64,000 nucleotides of DNA from Octopus vulgaris (GCA_951406725.2 OX597822.1:23374001-23438000), one strand, 5' to 3'. Shown: positions 39,731-54,304, numbered from the stretch's first letter. Made by a program: numbers and translations. Notes: a model not told the origin generated them from the sequence alone.

Positions 39731-41312
39731 TATATATATATATATATATATGCTCTAGCATGGCCGCAATCAAATGACTGAAACAAGTAAAAGAAAGAGT
39801 GTGTTTGTATATGTGTATGTATATCTTGCCCATTTTTAAAATTAATTATTTGAGAATATTTAGAATCAACAAAAATTCTTTATCTATATTCGTAATTAAT
39901 AACATGGAAGCCCGAAGTTTTCGGAAAACATAAAATAAATAAATAAAAATACGGTGATAATGGTTATAGCAAATCAGCGTATTTAAAAAAAATAAATTTG
40001 TAAGAATTTTTATAAGTTGTAAAATATTTCATAAAAACTGATAAGTTTCTTATAAAAAGACATCAGCTATGAAATAACTCATAGCATTTAAAAAAAATAA
40101 TAGGAATAGTAGTTTAATTATCTTTCTTTTTCTTTTGGAAATGTGATCTTGTTAACACAGCCTTCGACTATGAAACGATTCCTCACCCCTCCCGTAGAGC
40201 AACAGAGTTTGCTTCTCGATGTACTGAGCTCAAACGCCATTAGATGCTTTATCTCTCGTTTGTCGAGAGTCAGTAAAACGTTTACCGCTCAGCTATATTG
40301 GCGGGAAAACTCGATTGCCAGTTCACCAATTCTCTTACAAGACTTGTGTCCGTGTGTCAATAAGTATTAAAAATCAATCGGCATTAAAATCCATTGAAAG
40401 ATTAATTACTGCTTAGCCATTCCATACCATTTTAGTAAAGTGGAAGCAATAAAATCGATTGATAAAATTGATTGATTAAACTACAGCTACACTTATAAAT
40501 AAACATCTAAAATTTAAAATTTTTTCGTACAACAAAAGGTCAGACTCGCTCCCATTCTGCATGCAAATTTCTTATTAATTTTAATTAATTAAATTAATTA
40601 AAAATTCGGCGTTGTGACCCTTGCCTTTTTTTTTTTTTTTTTACCAAAGTTAGTAATTTAGAGAATTATTTATTCTTATTACAAAGAATGAAATTTTAAT
40701 TAATAAAACTTTCTTGACTCACAATTTATACACTTTGCCGACTTTACTATTGATTGTTCACGCAGAAGGCGTCCCTAGGTATTTTGCTACCAGTCATTCT
40801 AAGCCCTAATTTGAGACAGGAACAAATAATTAATAACAAGCTCCCTAATGCAAATCAAACACCCGCATATATTGCAAAGTATGGACTATAACTGCAGACA
40901 CATTGCAATCTGGTTGCCCGGAAAGTGATAGCGTAATTGGTAACGCTGTTGCTGGGCAAGTGATTGTGTGATTGATAACACCGTGAACCTGGCTAACAAT
41001 AGTTAATTTAAGGTAACACGGTTTGCGGTAAAGTGATAGTCTCTGGTAAGATAGTTACCTTATTAGTGACAGATAACAACTGTGAGACACAATTTTTGTT
41101 CTTGGTTAGCGACTGTTATTTCCTATTTACTTACCACTAGAAAGTCTGAAAAAGGGGTAATATTTCCTTCAAACTTTGCTTTTGTAACATTCATTCAAAC
41201 CCCAGAGGATCCCTCTCAACACATGGTTGTGATGTTCCCCCACTACACCTGCTTATTAACAAAGATGCACATATTGTCAGCCACTAAGGGATATGCTCAA
41301 GTGGTTAAAGTC

Positions 41313-41459
41313 CGCCGAGGTCGACTTTGCCTTTCATCCTTTCGGGGTCGATAAATTAAGTACCAGTTACGCACTGGGGTCGATATAATCGACTGAATCC
41401 GTTTGTCTGTCCTTGTTTGTCCTCTCTGTGTTTAGCCCCTTGTGGGTAGTAAAGAAAGA
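41313..41459 (+). mobile_element. 5'-truncated family B SINE with 10-bp target-site duplication
   Basis: GGTTAAAGTC at 41303-41312 and 41460-41469; interrupts a repeat seen intact at 58690-58829. Confidence 0.88.
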
Positions 41460-41976
41460 GGTTAAAGTCAAACAGCTGGCAAACAAATCTGTGGTATTGA
41501 GTGGAATATTTGCTATAACGATATTTCTGATTCAACAGTTCAGCGCTAAATCTGTGTGAAATTAATGAAAAATAGGCCATTGATGTCCAGGACACGAAAG
41601 AAAAGTTTGAAGGCAATGGTAGTCATTTCCTTTGATTTCTAGATAGAAGCAAATAAGAAATAACACTGACTGACCAAAGACGAAAAAATGAATAATAAAT
41701 GAATATAAATTTTGTTAAACTAGTATAAAGTTATCACGATTGCCAGGCTAGCGATTGGTAACGTGGTTACCAGGCTAATGACAGTATTGCTTGGCTAGTG
41801 ATAGATAACATCTGATTAGCAACACAATGGATAACACGGTATGATTGAAAACGCAGTTGTCTTGAAAAGGATAGTGAGACTAATAACGCATTACAAGTGA
41901 TAAATAATGCGAGTGGTTACACAGTTACTTGGCGGTAGTCTCGTTGATATACTACAGAATATAGCTAACATTCTAA

Positions 41977-42140
41977 GGCGTAGGAGTGGCTGTGTGGTAA
42001 GTAGCTTGCTTACTAACGACATGGTTCCGGGTTCAGTCCCACTGCTTGGCACCTTGGCAAGTGTCTTCTACTATAGCCTCGGGCCGACCAAAGCTCTGTG
42101 AGTGGATTTGGTAGACGGAAACTGAAAGAAGCTCGTCGTA

Positions 42141-42199
<59 letters not shown>

Positions 42200-42461
42200 G
42201 TATATGTGTGTGTGTGTGTATGCTTGTGTGTGTGTGTGTGTGTATATGTATGTAAGTTTGTGTGTCTGTGTTTGTCCCCCAACATCGCTTGACAACCGAT
42301 GCTGGTGTGTTTACGTCCCCGTAACTTAGCAGTTCGGCAAAAGAGACCGATAGAATAAGTACTAGGCTTACAAAGAATAAGTCCTGGGGTTGATTTGCTC
42401 GACTAAAAAGGTGGTGCTCCAGCATGGCCACAGTCAAATGACTGAAACCAGTAAAAGAGTA
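41977..42461 (+). mobile_element. CORE-type SINE family A
   Basis: Full length. Confidence 0.85.
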
Positions 42462-43426
42462 ATACAGCGTTGCTTAAAATCTTTCGTGGTATTCCATAGA
42501 AACTCTTTTAAAACACCAATAATTTTATTCTAATTTCATCTTAAATATATAAAATATATTTTATAGAAGCACCAAGAAATTTCGTAAAAGTTGAATTATA
42601 CTTGTTGTATGTATCTCAGATATTACCAAAAGTGGCAACGTTCAATCCCCGGGTTAAAATTCTAGTTATTAATGATATTGGTTTCACATTTTAGCACAAG
42701 TTCAGTAACTTCGGAGGCAAGTCAACGAGATCGACTCCAGTGCTCAACTGGTACTTGTTTTATCTACCCCGAAAGAATAAAAAGGCAAAGCCGCGGTGTC
42801 GGAATTTGAACTCAGAACGTAAAGACGAGCGAAATGACACTAGGCATTTTGCTCGGCGTGCTAACGATTCTGCCAGCTTGCCCACCTTGTTGTTATTAAT
42901 GATATTAAACATGATAACAGTTATTCTTATTCAACTTGTCTGCATGTAAAGTAAGGGCTAAGTTCGTTCCTCTGATATGACTGATACCTTCAATAGCTTT
43001 TATCCTTTATCTTTTACTTGCTTTAGTCATTTGACTGCGGCCATGCGGGAGCACCACCGTGAATAATTTTATTCGAAGTAATAAATAAACCACAGTACTT
43101 AGTAGTTTTTTTCAAAATTTGGTACTTCCTCTGTCGGGGTCTTTTGTTGAACTGCTAAGTTATGGGAAGGTAAACAAACCAACAACGGTTGTCAAGCGAT
43201 GTTCAAGAACCAAATGAAGGGCAAATTTTCGATACTGGGATCATCCTGATTCCAAGAAGGAATATGTCTATGTAGAGCAAATGTAGAGTGAAATACAGGG
43301 GTCCCGGACAGACAAAATTTCGCGTTTATTTTTATTATCTATATATATATCCATATGTATATATATATATATATATATATATCCATATATATATCCATAT
43401 ATATATATCCATATATATATATATCC

Positions 43427-43457
<31 letters not shown>

Positions 43458-44149
43458 TATATATATATCCATATATATATATGGAAATTCATTTTTGGAC
43501 TTTCTTCTATCGAAGGCATTCTTACAAAAATGCTTCCGTATAAACGGTGAAAATATTGTCAATTTCCCCAAACAGGAACACAATTCAATTTTTAAACAAT
43601 AACCAAGGCTCCTTCTCTCAAAGGGGGTGGTTTACAATTATTTAACAAATGCAACACAACAACGTTTCCCTTACGAGGAACCAACAAACTTGATAACATT
43701 AGTTAAACAGTAATAATAATAACAACAAACCTTACGGTTTGTACGCAGTACGCAGTTGAAGGTATAGTCCTTTATGTATAAGAAATAAACCAACAGCAGT
43801 ACTCAGTAGAAGCGGCTGTTCGAGAAAACAGACATTACATACAGCCAAACTTCATATAGATACTTAATGCTAGCTAATTAGCAGTTAATCTAATGTAAAA
43901 GCCGTGGTAAACGGTATTTGCACAGCTCCATCTGGACTATTCCATTTCTGCACACCAATTTTATTTTTGATTTATTCCCATTCATGTGAAACCACTTATT
44001 TAAGTTCAAGTCATTGATGCAATTTTATACCAATTGCTATTTTTACTTTTGTTATGTTACGGTTATATTATACTTTAGTTTGATTTTAATTATTACTTAC
44101 TACATATAATTCAATTGTTATTATTATCTCTAATTTTTATTGTTAAAGT

Positions 44150-44380
44150 GAAAGTATCTGACATAAAATAGAGAAATGTTTTTGTTTCACTTTTAACACG
44201 TAATACTGAAATAGTGGAGACGATATGATATTGCTATGGGCTCGCCCCAGGCAAGAAGTTGAACATTTTTTTGCCCATGAATCTACATGGACCCTAAGTA
44301 AGGCATGTGTAAAATGTGAATGAAATTGGTTGTGTAGTTCTCAAGTTTTAGGGAAACACACAGACAGACACACATTCTCA

Positions 44381-44392
<12 letters not shown>
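44150..44392 (+). mobile_element. Possible non-autonomous Helitron/Helentron-like 3' end
   Basis: tgaaattggttgtgtagttctcaagtttt..cagacagacacacattctcagttttatatata layout; partial copy at 7311-7342. Confidence 0.4.
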
Positions 44393-44445
<53 letters not shown>

Positions 44446-44454
44446 GTATATATA

Positions 44455-44675
44455 GCTGGCAGAAACGTTAGCGCGCCGGGCGAAATGCTTAGCGGTATTT
44501 CGTCTGTCGTTACGTTGTGAGTTCAAATTCCGCCGAGGTCGACTTTGCCTTTCATCCTTTTGGGGTCGATAAATTAAGTACCAGTTACCCACTGGGGTCG
44601 ATGTAATCGACTTAATCCCTTTGTCTGTCCTTGTTTGTCCCCTCTATGTTTAGCCCCTTGTGGGTAGTAAAGAAA
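44455..44675 (+). mobile_element. SINE family B
   Basis: gctggcagaaacgttagc head through gtgggtagtaaagaaa. Confidence 0.85.
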
Positions 44676-45869
44676 AAAAAAAAATATATATATATATATA
44701 TATAATCCAAAATTTGTAATATTATATATATATGCACGCGCTCGTGCAGACATACACACACATACACGATAGGCTTCTTTCAGTATTCTGTACAAAATTC
44801 ATTCACGAGGCATTGATCGGCCCGGGACTATAATTGAGACACTTGCCCAAGGAGCATACAAATATTGATATAAGCATACTTGCAGCGGCCCTAGGTCAAA
44901 TGAGACATTATCTTTAATCATGTGTGATTAAGAAAAAAGTAAGTTGATATAAATGGATGTAGATAATGGAGTTAGTTTAAAAGTGAAAGAAAAAATACAA
45001 AGATGGAGACCGTCGAATTTGTTTGGAAACTGTAATAATTGTGATTTGATTGGTACGAAGTAGACGGATCGTAGGACCTTTAAGATGGAAGCATGCATTG
45101 AAACACAGTGCCCTAACAACTGGGTTAAACACATACACAAGACCAAAAACAAAAAAACAAAACAAAAAATAAAGAACAAAATAGAATTAAAAAGTGAAAA
45201 ACCCTAAAGATAAAAATAAGCGGCAAGCGATAGGGAGGATTGTTTGTTTTAGTAATTATCCCGTTCTAAAGATGAAACGGATATTGCTAACAGCTTGAGA
45301 ATGAGACGACCTTAAGTTGATATGTAAGAGATATGTCATAAATACGCCTATAAACCTTCAAAAGGGGGACATGATGTAGGCCACTAACTCTAAAAACAAG
45401 TATTCTTTCCAAGTATTTATCCAATTCGAGCCAATTTTATAATTTCGTTTATCATAGTTTGATAGCATCTAAATGCTAGTTGAACATGGCCGATATGATA
45501 AGTTGTTCGCTTGTTGGTTAAAATAAGTCTGCTATTTGTCCGTGTTCGTTAGCGTTGTGCTGCGTGTATGAATGACCAGTACAACTCAATTTATTTAAGG
45601 TTACGTGAAGTGTAGCCAAAAAAACAAAACAAAAAACAAAAAACATGAAAAAACGTCCTAAACTGAAAAGTCTTGATGAATATTTCAATAGCAAACGCGC
45701 AATGTTCATCAGGTCAAACTATGATGGCGAATAATACAATAATCACTGTAAAACATTTGCTACATGGAAACAGAATTATAACCAACTTAATCTCACTAGC
45801 GCCACACCAATGACCGTGTAAACCATGGGAGGTTTTTCTGACGCATATTGTAGTATAGGGTGCCATATG

Positions 45870-46475
45870 ATTGGTTTCAAATTTTGACACAAGGCCATCG
45901 ACTTCGGGGTGCGAGTAAGCCGATTACATCGACTCCAGTGCGCAACTGGTACTTAATTTATCGACCCCGAAAAGATGAAAGGCAAAGTCGACCTCGGCGG
46001 AATTTGAACTCAGAACGTAACGGCAGACGAAATACCTATTACTTTACTACCCACAAGGGGCTAAACACAGAGAGGACAAACAAGGACAGACAAACGGATT
46101 AAGTCGATTATATCGACCCCAGTGCGTAACTGGTACCTATTTAATCGACCCCGAAAGGATGAAAGGCAAAGTCGACCTCGGTGGAATTTGAACTCAGAAT
46201 GTAGCGGCGGACGAAATACCGCTAAGCATTTCGCCCGGCGTGCTAACGTTTCTGCCAGCTCGCTGTCTTAGCTTTCACCTTAAACCTTGGTTCTAAATTT
46301 TGGCACAAGACCAGTAATTTTGGGGGATGGGGTAAGTTGATTACACCGACCCCAATGCTCAAGTGGTACTTGTTTTATCGAGCTCGAAAAGATGAAAGAC
46401 AAAGTCGACCTGAAACCGGAACAAATGCCGCTAAGCATTTTGTCTGGCGTACTAAAGATTCTGCTAGTTCGACAC
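45870..46475 (-). mobile_element. Tandem family B SINEs (dimer plus older copy)
   Basis: Junction gacgaaatacctatt at ~46026-46040. Confidence 0.8.
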
Positions 46476-47534
46476 CCTATAGTGGCATATAGTTAATTTA
46501 TGTATATACCAATGCTTTTTGAAAACATTACTCACTTATAAAACAAAAAGTAATAATTATAAAAGGATAATAAAAACAAACGGTAGGACATTAGCGACAT
46601 GTAGACACCATTATTATTTGCGTAACTTTATTAGTAGCTCATCAATATCCATGTGAAATATGGGATGTTTTTCTGCCGCATACTGCAGAACAGCGAACCG
46701 TATGTCTAGTAATCTTGGGAGTAATGCTCTATTTTAAAACGCTATTCCTTCATGGGACAAAACGGGACAAGGGCTCACTACTGCTTGCGTCGGTTCTTAC
46801 ACAATACATCCTTCATCCGGCCACCAGACCTAGCTTGATCAAATCTAGTCATGTGCCCTAGCGGTGCTCTTCTGACCATTACTGATCACTTCTTTTTAAC
46901 CAGAGCCATCGAGATGCTTTCTAAGCAACCTCTACGTTGTTCTTCTTGGTTCTCCTAGTCATTCCTGAAATATATGTAAGAATGTACGTACCTAAATACA
47001 TACACATTTTAAGGTAGTAAAAAGGACCTTAGCGTCTATTTCTAACGGTACGTGGGGAGGCATAAAGCTGATCCCTTGTTATAATTATGTATATAATTAT
47101 AAAATAATGTGTAAATACATACACATATATGTCACGTTTTTTTTATTCTGGACTTTAATAATTTCGATATACAATACACACATAGCCACACTCGCTGAAG
47201 AAGACGACGCTGACGACAGCAATGATGATGATGATGATGATGATGACGAGGACGACGACGACGACGATGATGATTAATGTTGATGATTAAAAATAGTAAT
47301 TTCAGTGTTTTGGTTTTTCTATAGCAACCATTCATGCAGTTGTTACTTAGCATTAATTAACGAATCAAGTTGAATGTTATGCTTGTCATAGAAACTGTTT
47401 TTATTGCACATATTTTTGTAAAATATACATTTATATTAAATTAAATCAGAGTAGGTTTTTCTAACCGGAGCATTCAGTCTCGCCCACTCAACAACTGATA
47501 ATGATGAGAATGATAATTAATAATAATAACAATT

Positions 47535-47930
47535 CTTTCTACTATAGGCACAAGGCCTGAAATTTGGCGGAGGTGGTGTGGGGGCTAGTCGATTATATCG
47601 CCCGCCTTACGAAACTAGCACTTATTTCATCGACCCCGGAACGATGAAAGACAAATTCGACCTCAGCGGAATTTCAACTCAGAATATGTAAAGGCATGCT
47701 AACGATTCTTATTTCTTTATTGTCCACAAGGGGATAAACATAGAGGGGACAAACAAGAACAGACAAAAGGATTAAGTCGACTACATTGCATAACTGGTAC
47801 TTAATTTATCGACCCCGCAAGGATGAAAGGCAAAGTCGACCCTGGCGGAATATGAACTCAAAACGTAACGGCAGACGAAATACCGCTAAGCATTTCGTCC
47901 GGTGTGCTAACGATTATGCCACTGCCAGCC
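47535..47930 (-). mobile_element. Family B SINE dimer
   Basis: Junction gctaacgattcttatttctttattg at ~47698-47722. Confidence 0.75.
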
Positions 47931-47948
47931 CGCAGAACAATGATGATA

Positions 47949-47998
<50 letters not shown>

Positions 47999-48050
47999 CT
48001 CCAATTTAATTTTGGCATAGGTTAAATAACAGCAACAACAGCAGCAGCTA

Positions 48051-48516
48051 GTGGAGGCGAAATGGCCCAGCGGTTAGGGCAGCGGACTCGCGGTCGTAAG
48101 AACGCGGTTTCGATTCCCAGATCGGGCATTGTGAGCATTTATTGAGTAAAAACATCTTAGCACCACGACTCCGGCGTGAGGTGGTGGTCCTTGCTGTACT
48201 CTTTCACCACAACTTTCTCTCACTCTTTCTTCCTACTTCTGCCACAAATCAGAGGAACCATGGTGTGACCCACTATGGTGTGGTGAACTTTCAGATCCTA
48301 GTCTAGATTGCGAATCCTCTGTACCCCAGGGTGGTTCAGCTCTCCACCCGTTAAAAGCCACCGTTTACGGAATGAGGATAACAACGTAGCTTTCACGCCC
48401 GTGTGCACCGCCAGTCTATCGCGTGTGGTGGGTGGATCTTCAAGTTGCCACACGCATTCTTAGTAGCTTAGAGATTATTCTTTGTGGCTAATGGCGTGAG
48501 TCCTGATTGGAAGAAG
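48051..48516 (+). mobile_element. Family C SINE head fused to a different ~270 bp tail (tail 3)
   Basis: Family C head to ~48235, then unrelated sequence; caacagcagc on both flanks. Confidence 0.65.
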
Positions 48517-48699
48517 ACAACAGCAGCTCAGCAGCAGCAGCAGCAACAACAACAACAACGATTTGTGATTTAGGTACCAGGATTGGAACTTTGAAGGGAG
48601 ACAACTTAATCCGTTACAGTGACCTCAGTCAATAAATGATTGGCATATTATGTTATCGATGTCGAAAGGTAGGAAAATAAATAAATAAATACATTGATA

Positions 48700-49248
48700 A
48701 AGGAGATGGCGATGATGATGATGTTGATGAGTATGATGATGATGATGACGCTGCTGCTGCTGGTGTTGATGATGATGATGATGATGATGATGGTGATGAC
48801 GACAATGATGAAGACGACGTGGACAATGATGATGATGACGATGATGACGGCATTGATGTTTCTCATGAGGACGACGATAACGATGACAACAATGATGATG
48901 ATGATGATGATGATGATCATCATCATCATCATCACCACCACTCCACCACCACCACCACCACCACCACCATCATCATCTTCACCATCAGCGTCCTCCTCCT
49001 CCTCCTCCTCCTCATCATCATCATCGTCGTCGTTGTCGTCGTCATCATCATCACCATCATCATCATCATCAATATCATCATAGTTATCATCGCCATCATC
49101 ATCATCATTATCATCATCATCATCATCATCATTATCATCACCATCACCATCATCATCATCATCAATATCATCATCATCATCATCATCAATATCATCATAG
49201 TCATCGTCATCATCATCATCATCGCCGCCGTCGTCGTCGTCATCATCA
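48700..49248. repeat. (GAT)n/(CAT)n compound trinucleotide tract with strand switch near 48916
   Basis: Direct reading. Confidence 0.9.
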
Positions 49249-49721
49249 TATAAGGTAAACGACGACAATTTTTCAAAATTCCTCTTCAGCCAACATCTCT
49301 TCCTTTACCCGTATTGCCTATTGACGCAAATATTTGATAAAAAAAAAGTAACGACAATCTGACGAAATACGTAGGTGAGCAAGTCGGAAAATTGGAAGTC
49401 GTCATTTAATTTCTCTGTTTTTCTTCTTTTTCTTTCTTCTCAACACCATCACCAATACCTTCACCGCTCCCGTCTTTCCTTTCAATGCCAAACAACCATC
49501 GACAGGAAATAGAGCGTCATGGCGCATTTCTCAGTATCCTGAAACAGAAGGAAATTCGTTACTATTTTTAGATCCGATGCACCTAAGAATCCTGTGGAAT
49601 TTAATTTCGGATAGTTAGTAAATTACTTGAAATATGTTAAAATGTCGGTGGCGTATTGATGATATTAACAACGTCTCTCTCGCTCTCTTTCTCTCTCTCT
49701 CTCTTTCTCTTCCTCCTTCCC

Positions 49722-49836
<115 letters not shown>

Positions 49837-49893
49837 CTAAAAAATTAGAGCAAGTTTTGTGTCTTATAAAAAGAAACAACAACAGCAACAACA

Positions 49894-49961
<68 letters not shown>

Positions 49962-50145
49962 CACTACTACTACTACTACGTCAACGTCATCGTCGTAATA
50001 TTTACTATTCTTTTCGATTGTGTATGCTCACTCTCCCAGAGGTTGAATATGTACTAGTTAACTGCTATTATGTGATATTTAATTTAAGTAAAATACACAC
50101 ACCATGTATATATATATATATATAATGTACATATGTGCATGTATA

Positions 50146-50204
<59 letters not shown>

Positions 50205-50234
50205 CACACACACATATACATATATATGTACATC

Positions 50235-50286
<52 letters not shown>

Positions 50287-50287
<1 letters not shown>

Positions 50288-51521
50288 GAGGGGGTGTTCA
50301 TTAAAGATTTCTAGTTATTGCAGGAAACGGAACTTGAACAGGTAGAATCATACATGTCTCTACATGTCACATTGAAATTGCAACTTTCCACTAGTATCCA
50401 TTTGTCTTTTACGGCTGCTAAGGTAGACTAAGGTGTTTGAATGGAGGCAGTTTAATGCAGATCTGTGATTAGGTTCTTATACTTGAAAGGTCCTACACCA
50501 AAAGAGACTTTCGATGAGATGAAAGAAGTTTATGGTAGCGATGCACCATCGTACGACATAGCCAAGCACTGGCATTGCCAGTTCAAATGTGGTCGGATAT
50601 CGGTGGAAACTGCTCCTATTCCTGGACAACTACATTCCGCCATTGATGACGACAGCGTCCGTAAAGTGGAAGCCGCTATTTTGGAGGATCGCCGCGTAAC
50701 TATTCGGCAACTAGCCTAAGAAGTGAAGATAAGTGTAGAATACGTGCAAAATATCATTCACGACCATTTACACATGCGGAAGTTGTTTGCATGATGTATT
50801 CTCCGGATGCTCACACCTTTTCAGAAGCAGGAACGTGACAATTGCCCGCAAGCTCTTTTGATAATGTGCAAAGAAATCGAGGACTTTCTCGGCAAACTTA
50901 TCACACAAAATGAAACATGGGTCCATCACTATGATCCTGAGACTAAAGTCTAGTCGAAGCAATGGAAGCATGATAATTCATCACCTCCAAAGAAGGCTGG
51001 TGTCCAACCCTCAGCTGGCGAGGTGATGCTCACAGTCTTTTGGGACCAGTGCGGAGAAGTGATGACAGATTTTCTGGCAAAGGGCGTCACAATTAGCGGG
51101 GAATATTATGCTTCTCTGCTGCGGAAATTGCTGGACGCTATCAAAGAGAGGCATGAAATGCTGACCAAAGGAGTCCACTCCCTCCAAGACAAAGCCCCAG
51201 TTCACAATGCGCATTTTACCCAGATGATAGCACACTCTTGCAGCTATGAAATCCTTCGTCCACCTCCTTACTCTTCCGACATCGCACCATTTGACTTCCA
51301 CCTCCTTCAAACCACGAAGACTTTTTTAAAAGGCATGCACATTCTTGGATGATGATGAACTTATTTTCTGGGCAAAGTCTTGGCTCCAGACACAACCTAC
51401 TGACTTTTATGGACAAGATCTTCACAACTGCATAACACGATGTAGAGGACTAATTATTACGTTGTTTCGTTTATCGCAGTCCTTCAGAGGGTCAGGGGAA
51501 ATCTTTAATGAATACCCCTCG
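50287..51521 (+). mobile_element. Near full-length decayed mariner transposon
   Basis: TA-flanked TIRs cgagggggtgttcattaaagatttc / gaaatctttaatgaatacccctcg; HTH, TQNETWVHHYDPETK, LQDKAPVH, PPYSSDIAPFDFHL; stops and frameshifts. Confidence 0.93.
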
Positions 51522-51538
51522 TATATGTACATAAATTC

Positions 51539-51581
<43 letters not shown>

Positions 51582-51776
51582 AATTTATATATGTTTATAA
51601 ATTTGCAAACAAACCTTGTTAAATTTCGGAGAAAAGCGTCTATATAGGTCTTTTTATAATAACTGTAATTATATCATTTTTTATAATAATAATATAGGAT
51701 CCAATTAAAGTGACTAATCTAAACAAATTTGTTTAGGTTAATTGGAACCATTATAAAAAAAGTATATAATTACAGT

Positions 51777-51878
<102 letters not shown>

Positions 51879-51883
51879 CATAT

Positions 51884-51946
<63 letters not shown>

Positions 51947-51950
<4 letters not shown>

Positions 51951-52103
51951 TGGCTGTGTGGTAAGTAGCTTGCTTACGAACCACACGGTTCCGGGTTCAG
52001 TCCCAGTTCGTGGCATCTTGGGCAAATGTCTTCTACTATAGCCTCGAGCCGACCAAATCCTTGCGAGTGGATTTGGTAGACGGAAGCTGAAAGAAACTCG
52101 TCG

Positions 52104-52145
<42 letters not shown>

Positions 52146-52360
52146 CGTTTATGTGTCTCTGTTTATCCTCCCAACATCGCTTGACAACCGATGCTGGTGT
52201 GTTTACGTCTCCGTAATCTAGCGGTTGTGCAAAAGAGACCGATAGAATAACTACTAGGCTTACAAAGAATAAGTCCTGGAGTCGATTCGCTCGACTAAAG
52301 GCGGTGCTCCAGCATGGCCACAGTCAAGTGACTGAAACAAGTAAAAGAGTAAAAGAGAGT
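51947..52360 (+). mobile_element. CORE-type SINE family A
   Basis: Near full length. Confidence 0.85.
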
Positions 52361-53109
52361 ATATATACACCCTCGTTGCTTTCTCGTATACGAGCAAAGC
52401 CATTGCTAGAAGGAATCATTGAAATGAGTCAATGTTGAATCAATGTTAGGCCCTTGTATCACTATTGATCTCGGCGAAAGTTTTACACATTCTATTACAT
52501 AAAGCACGGCTGTGCTGGCTGACAGAAGAAACAGGTGCGACATTATGAACTCTTTTGACTTGCCTTTTCAATCCTCCAGCTGAGAAGTACACCTTTCCAC
52601 CTGTTCAGCCATATCACAATTTACCATGGGTATATATCTTGTAATGTGTTGTTTAAAGCCTGTTTACAGTATTCGGCTATCTGATGTCATCAACAGTGTG
52701 GAGGTATATCCCACTAGAATTACTTCTGTATTTCCTTCCTGTCCGTAGGTTTATAAAAATATGAGAGGAAGAAAAGGAAATTTATGAGATTCATCATTCA
52801 ATACGATCGCTTCGACAAGCAAAACTCCAGACTAGCAAGAAACTGAATAAAAAAAAACACACACAAGAGAAGTATTAATGTGTATTATGTTATCAAGTAC
52901 ACGTTCCATAAGTCAGAACGGAAGCGCATTCAGTATCCTTTATAGAGTGATTATATTTTTGTATATTGTTAATCAGTATGTTTGCTGGTTATGACGTAAC
53001 TATTCAAAATATTACCGTCGGTTTCGGGCCGACTATAGAACATACGTAATATTGGTTTCAAATTTTGGCACACGACCAGCAATTACGGGGATGGGGGCAA
53101 GTCTATTTC

Positions 53110-53399
53110 AATGACATTGTTCTGTAAGTCTTCTCTTGTGACGTTTTATAGGTGACATCTTTTTTGTGTCTTTTCCTGTGACTTTTGTCTGGGATTTCTT
53201 TCCAGTAACGCTTTTTTTCGATAACTTTTTTCAGTGACTTTTTCTTGAGATCTTTTTCATTGACATACCGTCTTACATTTTCCAGTGACTTTTCCTGTCG
53301 CTTTTTTTATGTGATTTTTCCCCCTGTTACTTTTCTTGTCGCTTTATCCTGTGACTTTCTATGATTATTTTTTCAGTGACTTTCTACAATGACATTTCT
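53110..53399. repeat. Degenerate GTGAC(T)n minisatellite-like tract
   Basis: Recurring gtgacttttc/ctgtcgcttt every ~12-20 bp. Confidence 0.7.
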
Positions 53400-53818
53400 T
53401 TACTCTTTACTCTTTTACTCTTTTACTTGTTTAAGTCATTTGACTGCGGCCATGCTGGAGCACCGCCTTTAGTCGAGCAAATCGATCCCAGGACTTATTC
53501 TTTGTAAGCCCAGTACTTATTCTATCGGTCTCTTTTGCCGAACCGTTAAGTTACGGGGACGTAAACACACCAGCATCGGTTGTCAAGCAATGCTAGGGGG
53601 ACAAACACAGACACACAAACATACACACACATACGTATATATATATACATACATACGACAGGCTTCTTTCAGTTTCCCTCTACCAAATCCACTCACAAGG
53701 CTTTGGTCGGCCCGAGGCTATAGTAGAAGACACTTGGCCAAGGTGCCACGAATTGGGACTGAACCCGGAACCATGTGGTTGGTAAGCAAGCTACTTACCA
53801 CACAGCCACTCCTGTGCC
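53400..53818 (-). mobile_element. CORE-type SINE family A
   Basis: Full-length reverse copy. Confidence 0.87.
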
Positions 53819-54304
53819 TTCTTTAACATTTTTGTATCATATTTTTAGTAATCTTTCTGTGCTTTTATCTCCCAGTAACATTTTATCGAGCCCGATAAAT
53901 ATAACAGACAAATCATACAAAAAATAAATTTGGAAAAAAAAGAAGGGGCAAATGTAGGCCACATTAGATAATGCAGTCTTAGATATCCCTTAAGACAGTG
54001 GAACGTATTGGCGTAGAAAGTCCTTCGTAGGCGTGAATGTAAAACTGACTGACGCATCAACCGAAACATCAGGAATGGCAGCTTCAGAGTGGATCACATT
54101 CAGGCTATATCGCCATCTGTCGTTCCAGTTTTTGCCATAGATTACAAGAGTTAAAATCTGTTGGGTATGTGTTCAACGACACCTGCGTCTTTTAATACAT
54201 CAATCCTCACAGACATCTTTACTGTTTCGTTCTCCCCATCTTTTCCCCTCGACAAAATCTGTTTTTCTATCTTCTCTTTTTGCTATCTATCTATGCAAGT
54301 ACGC

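Noticed and set aside
36854-48025. Recurrent peptide NWYLIYRPRKDERQSRPRRNLNSER as a protein family
   Set aside because: Antisense translation of SINE family B
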